DNA from: Blastocatellia bacterium
GTDB lineage: Bacteria; Acidobacteriota; Blastocatellia; RBC074
Reading direction: 5' to 3'
Assembly: GCA_046155425.1 (NCBI GenBank)
Contig: JBJXFM010000096.1
Span: 1 to 56,986 of the forward strand
Length of the DNA stretch: 56,986 bases
The first letter of the stretch is position 1; every line of letters begins with the position of its first letter. Under the pieces are notes generated by a model that saw nothing but the letters and a program-made list of their open reading frames with translations, was not told the DNA's origin and did no database searches. Shown here piece after piece: positions 10,615-20,216 of this stretch. The translations under genes were made by a program, and so were the position numbers.

Positions 10615-11304
10615 TTATTCCGCCGCCAGGACAGCGCCGACGTATTCGCGGACCAGCTGATCGGTTCCGGTGATCGCTCCGCCCACGACTACGGCAAAGG
10701 CCCCGGCGTTCCGCGCGGCGCGCGCCTGGGCGGGGTTGCGGACACCGCCCTCGCAGATCACGGGAACCTGGACTGATTCCGCCAGCGCACGCACCAGCCC
10801 GAAATCCGGCGGTTTGATGTGCAGCGTCTGTTCGGTATATCCGCACAGGGTTGTCGCCACAATGTCCGCGCCCCGCGCCGCCGCATGCAGACCTTCTTCC
10901 AGAAGCGCGACGTCGGCCATCACGGGCAGTTTCAGTTCATCGTGAATGCGCCGGATGAGGGTTTCGAGTGTTTCCTCACGCGGGCGCGGACGGCGCGTGG
11001 CGTCCAGCGCGATGATGTCCGCGCCGCTTTCCGCCAGCCGCGCGGCCACGTCGAATGTCGGCGTGATGTATACCTCGGATTCGTCGCTGACCACTTTCTC
11101 GATGCCAATGATCGGCACACTGACGCGCCGGCGCACGGCGGCGACGTGCGCCGCGCTGTTGATGCGCACGCCCGCGGCCCCATACTGCGCGGCCGTCAGC
11201 GCGAAGGCGGCGATGATGTATGGATCACAAAGCGGTGATTCCGCGGGCGCCTGACAGGAAACAATCAGTCCACCGCGCAGCTTTTCAATCACATCCGGCA
11301 ACAT
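10615..11304 (-). CDS. nanE: N-acetylmannosamine-6-phosphate 2-epimerase
   Basis: 229 aa. It has GLIVSCQA, GADIIALDAT and LCGYT, the TIM-barrel NanE pattern. Confidence 0.85.
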   Translation of the reverse strand: MLPDVIEKLRGGLIVSCQAPAESPLCDPYIIAAFALTAAQYGAAGVRINSAAHVAAVRRRVSVPIIGIEKVVSDESEVYITPTFDVAARLAESGADIIALDATRRPRPREETLETLIRRIHDELKLPVMADVALLEEGLHAAARGADIVATTLCGYTEQTLHIKPPDFGLVRALAESVQVPVICEGGVRNPAQARAARNAGAFAVVVGGAITGTDQLVREYVGAVLAAE

Positions 11305-12292
11305 GGGTCAGCAATTCTCCGTTGATCTGTTTTCCCCTCTGTCTGAACGCCAGCAACAGCGCGCCCTTGTCAGGCCCGAAACGCGGAAGTGTCAGCGTGG
11401 CCCGTGGCAGCGTTTCCGCGATTCCCGCGGCAAAACATCGCATCACCAGCTCGCTTCTGAAAACACCACCGCTGTATGAAACCAGCGCGTCGGCGGAACT
11501 GGCATTCAATCCGGTAGCCGCCGCGGTGACCATTTCCACCAGTTCGCGGGCGGCGCTGGTAAGAATATGTACGGCCTGCGCGTTGTTCAGTTGCGCCAAT
11601 TTGTCGAGTTCCCGCGCAAAGCCCGCCAGTTGTTCATGCGAAATCTCGCCGGCATAAAAGTCCTCGGCAATGTCCTGCAACCGCGTGCGCCGGAAAAATG
11701 TCAGCAGCGCGTCGCGTAGTTCCATGTCCTCCGCGCCACGATCCGCGCCACGCAGCGCCTGACGTAAAGCTTCACGGGCGATGGCAAAGCCGCTGCCGTC
11801 ATCGCTGAACATATAACCGCGCCCGCCGATGCGCGTCCGTTGGCCGTTTTTCTCGCCCACGGCGACCGATCCCGTGCCGGACAGGATGATGATGCGCGTG
11901 GTTTCCAGGTCTGTTTCCGGCAGTGCGCCCATCAATGCGCCCGGCGCGTCATGGCCCACCTCGATGAGTGCCGCCGTCAGCAACTGTCCGACGATGGCGG
12001 TCTTGTCCGCAGGTTCGCCGGTCATGGCCAGATGTGCGCTGGCGAAACGAAACGCGCGCACCTGTTGTCTCTGTTCCCTGTACGCCAGATCGCCTGCCGC
12101 CAGACCAGCCTGTTTCATTGCCTCGTATGTCGATTTGACAACGGCCTGTTCCAGCCGCTCGCGGCCGCCCGGCGCGCGCGTATGGTTTGACTCGCCCGCC
12201 TGCCCACGCCCCGCGATCACGCCGCGCGCGTCGGCCAGCAGCGCCGTCGTATGGCTCTGGCCGCCATCGATACCAAGGAAATACTCAGTCAT
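11285..12292 (-). CDS. BadF/BadG/BcrA/BcrD-type ATPase (N-acetylhexosamine kinase-like)
   Basis: 335 aa. It has an N-terminal YFLGIDGGQSHT phosphate-1 motif and an ILSGTGSVA phosphate-2-like motif. Its 3' end overlaps the nanE start by 20 nt. Confidence 0.75.
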   Translation of the reverse strand: MTEYFLGIDGGQSHTTALLADARGVIAGRGQAGESNHTRAPGGRERLEQAVVKSTYEAMKQAGLAAGDLAYREQRQQVRAFRFASAHLAMTGEPADKTAIVGQLLTAALIEVGHDAPGALMGALPETDLETTRIIILSGTGSVAVGEKNGQRTRIGGRGYMFSDDGSGFAIAREALRQALRGADRGAEDMELRDALLTFFRRTRLQDIAEDFYAGEISHEQLAGFARELDKLAQLNNAQAVHILTSAARELVEMVTAAATGLNASSADALVSYSGGVFRSELVMRCFAAGIAETLPRATLTLPRFGPDKGALLLAFRQRGKQINGELLTHVAGCD

Positions 12293-12708
12293 CTCGGTTC
12301 AGGGATTTGCAGCAACAACTGATAGCGCGCCGGTGAAAACGGCATGCGCAGCCACGCCGCGACAAAGGCGTGCGCGGCGTTTTCCGCGCGTGGCCCGGCG
12401 CCGCCGTGCAGAATGTGAAACAACTCATGCGCAAGCACGACCTCCGTGATGCGCTGCTCCCCCGCCCACTCCTGCTCGGCGGGGGCAAATGCCTGCCGCG
12501 CGGCTGCGGCGACGTGGCGAATCGCCCAGGTGTTCAGCCTGATTTCCCTTGTGTCCGTCCGGCATTCGCCCAGATAGACAACGCGGCCGCCAGCGGTTTG
12601 CCATTCGTCAGGGATGATCCTTGCGCCGATGGCGGCGGCGAATTGCGCGGGGGGCTGCGTCGGGACAGAGACGCCGGCGATGAAGTCAGGATTCATTTTG
12701 TCGTTCAT
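12289..12708 (-). CDS. Small hypothetical protein with an HExxH motif
   Basis: 139 aa. LAHELFHILHGG is the only recognisable motif. It overlaps both neighbours (4 nt and 23 nt), which supports coupled translation. Confidence 0.4.
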   Translation of the reverse strand: MNDKMNPDFIAGVSVPTQPPAQFAAAIGARIIPDEWQTAGGRVVYLGECRTDTREIRLNTWAIRHVAAAARQAFAPAEQEWAGEQRITEVVLAHELFHILHGGAGPRAENAAHAFVAAWLRMPFSPARYQLLLQIPEPR

Positions 12709-13957
12709 AGGCCGTCAGCGCGGCGGTTTGCACATCGCGCAGGGCAACGTTATGTGACAGAGCGGCGGCGCGGCAATCCTCGAATTCCGGCGCGCGATTC
12801 ATGATCTGGCCATTGGACGCGCGGCCCAGTTTGAGGCGAATGGGGCCGTATGCCGTGTTCACCGTGACGTGTTCGCGCCGCAGTATTTCGCGTTTCGCAT
12901 CACGATAACGAATGCCCAGCGTGGTGGTTTCCCGGAAAATCAGCGCGGTCAGCGCCGCGCGGTCGGCGGTGGCGCAGAGCACGGTCAACAATGTCCCCGG
13001 GCGGTTTTTTTTCATCTGCACGGGCGTATAAAAAACATCCAGCGCGCCCGCCGCCAGCGCCAGTTCCAGCAGATGGCCGAAGACCTGCGCGTTGGTGTCG
13101 TCAATGTTCGCTTCGATGACGGTGATGGTGGTCAGCGTCGTCTCCGTCTCGATCTCGCCGATGATCGCGCGCAGGACATTCGGGAATTTTTCATAGCGCC
13201 GCGTGCCCGCGCCATAACCCGCGCGCTCGATCCGCATCAGCGGCAACGGGCCGTATTCCGCGGCCAGCGTTGTAATGATCGCCGCGCCCGTGGGCGTGAC
13301 CAGTTCGCCGCGAATCTCGCCCGCATACATCGGCGCGCCACGGAGCAGTTCCGTTGTTGCCGGGCCTGGCACGGGATAGGTTCCGTGCGCGCATCTGAAT
13401 GTGCCCGATCCGACGTGCAGCGGCGAGGCAATGACGCGCTCGATGCCCATGGCTTCCAGCGCGATGCAGGCGCCAACGATGTCTACAATGGAATCAATGG
13501 CGCCGACTTCGTGAAAATGCACGGATTCCAGCGGGATGCCGTGAATTTTCGCCTCGGCCTCGCCGATGCGCTGGAAAATCGCCAGCGCGCGCGCTTTGAC
13601 CGAATCGCCGAGCCCTGATCCTCCGATCAGCGCCTGGATCGCGCTGAGCGAACGATGCCCGGCGGGCAGGGGAGCGGCAAAGCCGTGATCATGCGTATGC
13701 GGGAGGTCGTGTGTTTGCGGGTGATCGTGTGCGGGTTCATGCGCCTGCGCCGCCGGATCATCTGTCAGTTCGACGTCAAATTTGGCGGCGTTAATGCCGC
13801 TCTGGTTCATGCGCGTCAGCCGCAGCTGGTAACCATCGACGTCCAGCTTCGTGAGTTCATCGCGCAGATGGTCAAACGACAGCCCGCAATCGAGCATCGC
13901 GCCGATGAACATATCGCCGCTGGCGCCGGCAAAACAGTCAAGGTAAAGCGTTCTCAT
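12686..13957 (-). CDS. larC: Nickel-pincer cofactor nickel insertion protein LarC (UPF0272)
   Basis: 423 aa. It has the canonical N-terminus MRTLYLDCFAGASGDMFIGAMLD and a His-rich stretch HEPAHDHPQTHDLPHTHDH. Confidence 0.9.
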   Translation of the reverse strand: MRTLYLDCFAGASGDMFIGAMLDCGLSFDHLRDELTKLDVDGYQLRLTRMNQSGINAAKFDVELTDDPAAQAHEPAHDHPQTHDLPHTHDHGFAAPLPAGHRSLSAIQALIGGSGLGDSVKARALAIFQRIGEAEAKIHGIPLESVHFHEVGAIDSIVDIVGACIALEAMGIERVIASPLHVGSGTFRCAHGTYPVPGPATTELLRGAPMYAGEIRGELVTPTGAAIITTLAAEYGPLPLMRIERAGYGAGTRRYEKFPNVLRAIIGEIETETTLTTITVIEANIDDTNAQVFGHLLELALAAGALDVFYTPVQMKKNRPGTLLTVLCATADRAALTALIFRETTTLGIRYRDAKREILRREHVTVNTAYGPIRLKLGRASNGQIMNRAPEFEDCRAAALSHNVALRDVQTAALTAYERQNES

Positions 13958-13963
13958 GCTCGC

Positions 13964-14668
13964 TCAGGGTTCAATGCGAACCTTTGTTTTCAGCGGGATT
14001 GTTTCAAATAGTTCCCGGATAAAGTCGTTTTCCAGCGCTACGCAACCCAGCGTCCAGTCGCGGCCCACGCCGCCGCCGTGAATGAAAATATCGCCGCCCA
14101 GCGCGGTGTTCTGCGGTGGTTTGGTCTGGGCATGGATCGCGCTGGTGATCGCCTGGTGCTGTTGTTTTGTGATCAGCCCCGCGCGCAGCCCCGCGTCGGC
14201 GTCTGGTATGCCCGGATAGCTGATGCCCAGTGACAGATGATAATTGCTGCGCGGGTTGCGATGCGTGATGTAGTAATCGCCTTCTGGTGTAGCGCCGTCG
14301 CCCTGTTGTTTCCTGGTTCCCAGGGGACTGGGGCCGAGCGCCACGGGGTATGTTTTGAGCAATGTTTCCGCGCCGCCCATGCGCCGGTACAGCAACAACT
14401 GGCGCGCGGCCTTTTTGACGAGAATGCGGTATTCGCCCACGCGGCTGTCATCGGGCAGGGCCAGCAAACCCGCGTTGGTGGACACGGTTCTTTTTCCATC
14501 CCCGGGATCGGCCGGATTGTTTGTCTTGTTCTGTTCCACGCGTGACGCTGTTGATTTTCCGGTGTGTGTCCCATTCCACCTGTTTTGCGTTTCCGCGCGG
14601 GAAACACATGCCGCCATGCCGCCGGCGCACAGCAAAAACAGGCCAGGAATGCAGAGGACAACTTTCAT
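13964..14668 (-). CDS. Exported L,D-transpeptidase (YkuD domain)
   Basis: 234 aa. It has a signal/lipoprotein-like N-terminus (LLCAGGMAAC) and the catalytic pattern IHGGG...TLGCVALEN. Confidence 0.8.
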   Translation of the reverse strand: MKVVLCIPGLFLLCAGGMAACVSRAETQNRWNGTHTGKSTASRVEQNKTNNPADPGDGKRTVSTNAGLLALPDDSRVGEYRILVKKAARQLLLYRRMGGAETLLKTYPVALGPSPLGTRKQQGDGATPEGDYYITHRNPRSNYHLSLGISYPGIPDADAGLRAGLITKQQHQAITSAIHAQTKPPQNTALGGDIFIHGGGVGRDWTLGCVALENDFIRELFETIPLKTKVRIEP

Positions 14669-14675
14669 GGGCGGG

Positions 14676-14939
14676 TCATGATTTTTTCGCCGCTGCTTTC
14701 AGCCGCGCTTTCACGTCGGGCGTCAGCGCGGTCCAGTGGCAATCCAGGAGGGCGGCTTCCAGCGCGTACAGCAGGTTCAGGCTGGCGTTGAATCCGTGCG
14801 CGCGGATCAGACGAAAGGTTTCAAGCGATCCCGTGCGTTCGAGGTCTGCCAGGCTGTGCACGCCCACGGCGCGCCGCCATTGCATGGACACCGGCCCGAT
14901 GTTTTTGATCCCGTCTGATTTTGCTTTCTCTTCCGGCAT
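14676..14939 (-). CDS. TfoX C-terminal domain protein
   Basis: IKNIGPVSMQWRRAVGVHSLADLERTGSLETFRLI...LLYALEAAL matches the TfoX_C helix-hairpin-helix-like domain. I prefer ATG 14939 as the start, because the track start at 14990 would overlap hemY by 35 nt. Confidence 0.65.
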   Translation of the reverse strand: MPEEKAKSDGIKNIGPVSMQWRRAVGVHSLADLERTGSLETFRLIRAHGFNASLNLLYALEAALLDCHWTALTPDVKARLKAAAKKS

Positions 14940-14955
14940 AAGGCAATCGGCGGGT

Positions 14956-16353
14956 TCAGACGGCATTCCCGGTGAATTGCGCGGCGGCATCCGCGATCGT
15001 CATTCCGCGTTTGACGCAATCGCCCAGCGCGACGCCGCGCAGGTAATTACCCGCCAGCCATAACCCGGGCCGCGATCTGAGGTCCTCTTCAATCCGGGCA
15101 ACACGCGCCGCATGGCCGATGACGTATTGCGGAATCGCCTGTGGCCAGCGCGTCACGGGCAACAGACGCGGATCGCCCGTGATGCCCAGCGGACCTTTCA
15201 GATCGTGATGGACAATTCGCGCGAGTGTGTCGTCATCCAGCGTAATCGCTTCCGGGTCGGTTTCGCCGCCGATGAAATTGTTCAGCAGGACCCAGCCTTT
15301 CGGCGCGCGTTTGGGGAAAAGGGCCGAATTCCAGATCGACCCCAGTGTGCGCAGGCCCTCGCCGCGCGGCGTGAGAAAGCCAAATCCATCCAGCGGTCGC
15401 GCCAGCTGCTCAATGCGATACGCCAGCGGAACCGCCGCGATGGTGGTGTAGCGGATGTCCGCGATCAGCGCGGCAAGCGCGGGCGCCATGGCTTTGAGCA
15501 ACTGGCTGGTCGCCGCCGCGGGCGCGGCGATCACGAGAGTACGCGTGCGCAGGGCGAACACCTCGCCCGCGCGTTCGATGCTGATCAGATATTTTGCCTG
15601 GTCCGACAGCGGCGGCGCGGGGGATATGCCGGTGACGCGCGCGCCGGTCATCAGCTTGTCACCAAGCGCGGCGGCCAGCGCGTCCGTCAGGGTTTGCATG
15701 CCATTGCGGAATGAACACAGGCGATAAGGCCGCAGCGAACGCGTTGGCGCCACGCCCTTGTTTTTCGCGGAGCGCGCCGCGCCGATGGCCCCGCGCGCAA
15801 TGCTGCCCGTGGCTTCGAATTCCGCCAGTTTGCCGAATGTCGCCTGGACGCTTAGTTGTTCCGGGTCGCCCGCGTATACGCCGGACAGAAAGGGCGCGAC
15901 CATGCGATCCAGGATTTCCGGCCCGAGGCGGCGGCGGACAAACGCGGCGATGCTTTCCTCGCCCGGCTCACGGCGCGGCGCGATGAATGGTTCGCGCAAC
16001 AGACGCAGCTTCGCCGATGGCGATAACAGTCTGGTCGTGAGCAGCGCAGGCAGGCTCATCGGCACGGCGTGCAGTTGTTGCTGGAAATACACCCAGGCGG
16101 GCGCTTTGGGATTGGCGGCGACAAGTTCCGGCAACAGGCCGATTGATTCGACCAGATCGAGCAATTCGTGTGTGCCGCGAAAGCTGTTGGGGCCGCGTTC
16201 GAGCAGAAAGCCATCGACCAGGTCGCTTTGCATCACACCGCCGGCGCGTGCGCTGTTTTCCAGCAGCAGGATGTTATGTCCGCGCTGTTTTAATTGGTAT
16301 GCGGCCGTCAGCCCGGAAATTCCGGCGCCGATGATAATGGAATGCAGGGCCAT
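14956..16353 (-). CDS. hemY: Protoporphyrinogen/coproporphyrinogen III oxidase (HemY-type, FAD)
   Basis: 465 aa. It has the dinucleotide-binding N-terminus IIIGAGISGLTAAYQL, the PPO family length, and a position next to hemH. Confidence 0.85.
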   Translation of the reverse strand: MALHSIIIGAGISGLTAAYQLKQRGHNILLLENSARAGGVMQSDLVDGFLLERGPNSFRGTHELLDLVESIGLLPELVAANPKAPAWVYFQQQLHAVPMSLPALLTTRLLSPSAKLRLLREPFIAPRREPGEESIAAFVRRRLGPEILDRMVAPFLSGVYAGDPEQLSVQATFGKLAEFEATGSIARGAIGAARSAKNKGVAPTRSLRPYRLCSFRNGMQTLTDALAAALGDKLMTGARVTGISPAPPLSDQAKYLISIERAGEVFALRTRTLVIAAPAAATSQLLKAMAPALAALIADIRYTTIAAVPLAYRIEQLARPLDGFGFLTPRGEGLRTLGSIWNSALFPKRAPKGWVLLNNFIGGETDPEAITLDDDTLARIVHHDLKGPLGITGDPRLLPVTRWPQAIPQYVIGHAARVARIEEDLRSRPGLWLAGNYLRGVALGDCVKRGMTIADAAAQFTGNAV

Positions 16354-16385
16354 GCGATGCTCTCGCCCGCCGTCAGGCAGTGGTG

Positions 16386-17381
16386 TCAGTTAGGTTGCTG
16401 TTTCGTTGTTGTCGCGAGCCGCGCGCACACCAGGTCGGCCATCGCGGCGATAAAGTCCGGACGTGTGTTCAGCGCGGGAACGCGCACGTAATGCGTGATG
16501 CCCGCGGCGCGCGCGACGGCGCCGTATTCAATGTCGAGTTCGTACAACGTTTCAATATGATCAGAGACAAAGGCGATGGGAATGACCAGCAGTTGTCTGA
16601 TGCCTTCCGCGCCGAGTTCCTTTAGTTTTTCTTCCGTCGCCGGTTCCAGCCATTTCACCGGCCCGACCTTGCTCTGAAAACTCAGATGCGAGGGGAAACA
16701 ATTGCCCAGCCGCGTGTTGACCAGCGCGATGGTTTCCTGAATGTGGCGCAGATACGGATCGCCCTTTGCAATATAACTTTGCGGCACGCTGTGCGCGCTG
16801 TACAGCAGATGAATGTTTCGCGGATCCTGATCGGGCAGTGCGCGGGCTTGTTCCTCGATAATCGCGGCGATGGCGTTGATGTATCCGTCCTGCGTATGCC
16901 AGCGCGTGATGTAATGCCGCCGGATGTCGCGCAGTCCGCCGCGCCGTTGCAGTTCGGCGATGAAATCCTTTGCGCTCGATCCGGTGGTCGAAACAGAGAA
17001 CTGCGGATACAGCGGCAGGATCACCAGATCCGTGATGCCGTCACGTGTGATCTGATCGAGCGTGTCCCGGGTAAAGGGGCGCCAGTACCGCATGCCGAGG
17101 TATGTCTGGGCTGTCACCCCGCGCCGCGCCAGTTCCTCGCGCAATGCATCCGCCTGCATTTGCGAGAGGCGGCGCAATGGGGAGCCACCGCCGATCTGCG
17201 CGTACTGGCTGGCGGATCGCGAGCTGCGCAGGGTGGAAATCAGCCAGGCCAGCGGCTTTTGCATGGCGCGGACCGGCAGGCGAATGATTTCGGGATCGGA
17301 AAAGAGGTTGTACAGAAAAGGGCGCACATCCGCCAGCGTTTCCGGCCCGCCCAGATTGAACAGCAAAACGCCGAGTTTCAT
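16386..17381 (-). CDS. hemH: Ferrochelatase
   Basis: 331 aa. It has GVLLFNLGGPE, ILPLYPQFS, and SAHSVP with IAFVSDHIETL motifs. Confidence 0.9.
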   Translation of the reverse strand: MKLGVLLFNLGGPETLADVRPFLYNLFSDPEIIRLPVRAMQKPLAWLISTLRSSRSASQYAQIGGGSPLRRLSQMQADALREELARRGVTAQTYLGMRYWRPFTRDTLDQITRDGITDLVILPLYPQFSVSTTGSSAKDFIAELQRRGGLRDIRRHYITRWHTQDGYINAIAAIIEEQARALPDQDPRNIHLLYSAHSVPQSYIAKGDPYLRHIQETIALVNTRLGNCFPSHLSFQSKVGPVKWLEPATEEKLKELGAEGIRQLLVIPIAFVSDHIETLYELDIEYGAVARAAGITHYVRVPALNTRPDFIAAMADLVCARLATTTKQQPN

Positions 17382-17386
17382 CGGAA

Positions 17387-17503
17387 GTGGTCAGTGGCCA
17401 GTGGTCAGTGGCCAGCAGATGGTTGATGCGGCGTGTGGGCAGGGCGAAGGGAAACGGGTCAGTGGCCGACCACCAGCCACCGGCCACCGACCACTGGCCA
17501 CTG
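17387..17503. repeat. Heptad-periodic inverted-repeat element A (GTGGTCA/GTGGCCA units)
   Basis: The left arm 17387-17415 reads GTGGTCA GTGGCCA GTGGTCA GTGGCCA G. The right arm is 17458-17503. 17392-17406 (CAGTGGCCAGTGGTC) is the perfect reverse complement of 17489-17503. The element fills the hemH/M16 spacer. Confidence 0.85.
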
Positions 17504-17504
17504 T

Positions 17505-18773
17505 TTACAGGGTTCCCGCGATCACGGTCGCCGCGATTTCGGGATGTATGTATTTGCGGATGGCGTCATCGACCTGCGATTTGGTGATGGCGCGGATAGT
17601 CTCGGGGAATTCATCCAGATAACGCATGCCGAGATCATAAAACTCGGCGCTGGCCAGCTGATGGGACATGCCGGAATTGGTGGCGAGGCCGACCTTGAAC
17701 GAGCCGATGATCGAGCTTTTCTCGTCGGCCAGCTCTTCCTCGCGGATGCCTTCGCGGACGAATTCATCGACGATTTCCAGAGTGGTGTTGATGCCCAGGT
17801 CGATGTCCTCGGGGGCCAGCGTCAGGCCGATGACATAAGGACCGTCGGCCAGTCCGGAATCGGCGAAATAGGAATTGATCCCATATGTCAGCCCCATCTC
17901 GTCGCGTACCTTCAGGCCAAGGCGCGAGGATATGGTGGACTGGCCCAGCGCGCGGTTGGCCACCACGGCGGGCAGATAATCGGGATTGGCGCGCCGCAGT
18001 TGTGACGGATGCCCGATCACGACATCCACGTTGGCCTTGTCCTTCATCAGCACGGTTTCGCGCGCCGTGCCGGCGGGTAATGGCGTTGGATCCACGTGAA
18101 TGCGCGGGACAGGCGCGCCCTGCCAGTCGCCCAGAGTGCGCGTGACCAGGGCTTCCACTTCGGCGGCGTTGACGTCGCCGGCGATGGACAGGATCAGCGA
18201 TTCGGCGCCGTAATGTTCCAGATAAAAACGGCGGATGTCGGCGGTGGTGATCGCTTCGATGTGGGTAATGGATTCCTCGGCGGACAATTCGTGAAACACG
18301 GATGACCGTGGATAAAGCAGCTGTGAGAGGCGTTCCATGGCCCGTCCACGCGTGTTTTCCTGGCTGCGCTGGATGGCGGCGACGGTGCGTTGTTTCAGCT
18401 TGTCGAGTTCGTCGGCGGGGAAAAGGGGTTCGCGCAGTTCCTCGGCAATGGTTTCCATGACAAAGGCGAAATCGCGTGTCAGCGAACTGGCATCCGCGCT
18501 GACGGAAAACGTATTGGCGGAAAAACCCACGTGCGCGCCGGCGAATTCCAGGGCCTCGGCGATTTCCAGTTTGCCGCGGCGCCGCGTTCCCTTATTCATC
18601 ATGCTGGCCGTCAGTTCGGCCAGCCCGGAACGCTGCGTGGGGTTGAAATACTCGCCGCCGTACAGATATCCGGTAATGGAGACGGTCGGGTTGGCATGAT
18701 TTTCCAGCACAAGCAGGGTAATGCCGTTGGGCAGAACCGTGCGGGCGACGCGATTGGCAAAGGAATTGGACAT
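17505..18773 (-). CDS. M16 family peptidase, non-catalytic-type subunit
   Basis: It has the insulinase fold (NGITLLVLENHANPTVS), but GLAELTASMMNKGT sits where HxxEH is expected. The start is taken at ATG 18773. The track start at 18863 would overlap the upstream gene by 25 nt. Confidence 0.8.
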   Translation of the reverse strand: MSNSFANRVARTVLPNGITLLVLENHANPTVSITGYLYGGEYFNPTQRSGLAELTASMMNKGTRRRGKLEIAEALEFAGAHVGFSANTFSVSADASSLTRDFAFVMETIAEELREPLFPADELDKLKQRTVAAIQRSQENTRGRAMERLSQLLYPRSSVFHELSAEESITHIEAITTADIRRFYLEHYGAESLILSIAGDVNAAEVEALVTRTLGDWQGAPVPRIHVDPTPLPAGTARETVLMKDKANVDVVIGHPSQLRRANPDYLPAVVANRALGQSTISSRLGLKVRDEMGLTYGINSYFADSGLADGPYVIGLTLAPEDIDLGINTTLEIVDEFVREGIREEELADEKSSIIGSFKVGLATNSGMSHQLASAEFYDLGMRYLDEFPETIRAITKSQVDDAIRKYIHPEIAATVIAGTL

Positions 18774-18838
18774 ATCCGGTGTTTGGCAGTGACTGGGGCG
18801 CAAATGATTCTGGTATGAAGGCGATTCAGGGGCCGCGT

Positions 18839-20122
18839 TTATTCTTCGCGCGGAATAAACCATCCCACGGTGCGGTTGTCGGCGGTGAAATATTCATTCA
18901 CCACGCGCTGTATGTCGGCGGCCGTGACGGCTTCGATGTTGCGCGGCAGGTCGGCGTACAGTTTCCAGTCGGCGACGGCCTCGGCCTCGGCCATGGCGCT
19001 GACCACGCCAAAGGGGCTGTCACGCAGATAAATCATCTGGGAGAGAATGATGTTTTTGGCGCGTTGCAGTTCGCGGTCCGTCACCAGTTCCTTTTTCAGC
19101 CGGCGGATTTCCGCGAGAGCGGCGTCCTCGGCTGTTTCGTGCGGCGCCTCCGGCCGCAGGGTGATGGCCAGCGTGAACAGGCCCGGATCGAGAAACTGAT
19201 AGGCGCTGGTACCCGCGTTGAGGGCGATCTGTTTTTCCACGAGCGCCTGATACAGCCGCGAACTGACGCCCGCCGACAACACCTGGTCGAGCAGATCCAG
19301 CGCCGGACAGTCCGGATGCCGCGCCTCGGGTGTATGCCAGCCCATTTCGATCAGGCCGAGCTGGCCGGCGCGCCGCAGGATAAAACGCACTTCGCCCTGC
19401 TGTTTCGGCTCGACGGTGTACATTGGCGGAATCGGATGCGGCGAGGCCGGATGCGGGCCGAAATGCCGGGCGATCATGTCCAGCGCGGTTTCGTTATCGA
19501 AATCACCCGCGACAATCGCCGTGGCGTTATTCGGGTGATAATAGACGTCATAAAATTCCTTCAGCCGCGATGTCGGCATGCCCTCGACATCGGACCGCCA
19601 GCCAATCGTCGGATGATGATAGGGATGTTCGCGAAAGGCCATTGCCCAGACGCGCTCGTCGAGGATGCGCCCGGGATCGTTTTCACCGCGATCGAGTTCG
19701 TTGCGGACCACGGTCATTTCCGATTGCCGGTCCTCGTCGGCGATAAAGGAATTGCGCATGCGGTCGGCTTCGAGGTGGATGGCCAGTTCGAGCTGATCGG
19801 CGGGCAGCATTTCAAAATAGCGCGTGCGGTCATTCCACGTGTCGGCATTGAACATCGCGCCCTGTTTCTGCAGGACCGAGGCGATCTGCGTGCCCACGCG
19901 CTTGTGATAGGTGGGCGTGCCCTTGAACAGCATGTGCTCCAGCAGGTGCGTGGCGCCCGTGTGGCCAACGGCCTCGTTGCGCGACCCGACGCGGTACACA
20001 ACCATAAAGGCAGCCACGGGCGCGGCGCGGCGCGGCGCCAGCAGGACTTTCATCCCGTTGGAATTCAGTGTGTATTCGGTGATGCCTTCGTATTCGGTGA
20101 TGCGATTGAACGTCTGTTCCAT
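18839..20122 (-). CDS. M16 family zinc peptidase (catalytic-type subunit)
   Basis: It carries the inverted zinc motif HLLEHMLFKGT. The start is taken at ATG 20122 (MEQTFNRI). The upstream part of the track ORF is Arg/Pro-rich read-through. Confidence 0.85.
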   Translation of the reverse strand: MEQTFNRITEYEGITEYTLNSNGMKVLLAPRRAAPVAAFMVVYRVGSRNEAVGHTGATHLLEHMLFKGTPTYHKRVGTQIASVLQKQGAMFNADTWNDRTRYFEMLPADQLELAIHLEADRMRNSFIADEDRQSEMTVVRNELDRGENDPGRILDERVWAMAFREHPYHHPTIGWRSDVEGMPTSRLKEFYDVYYHPNNATAIVAGDFDNETALDMIARHFGPHPASPHPIPPMYTVEPKQQGEVRFILRRAGQLGLIEMGWHTPEARHPDCPALDLLDQVLSAGVSSRLYQALVEKQIALNAGTSAYQFLDPGLFTLAITLRPEAPHETAEDAALAEIRRLKKELVTDRELQRAKNIILSQMIYLRDSPFGVVSAMAEAEAVADWKLYADLPRNIEAVTAADIQRVVNEYFTADNRTVGWFIPREE

Positions 20123-20216
20123 GGATCTCTGGAGAAGAAAGGGCGGAATTATAGAGGGCGATGAATAATGAACTGCCGGTCTCGTGGTCCGTGACTTGCG
20201 GGCGCGCCGTGTTGTT

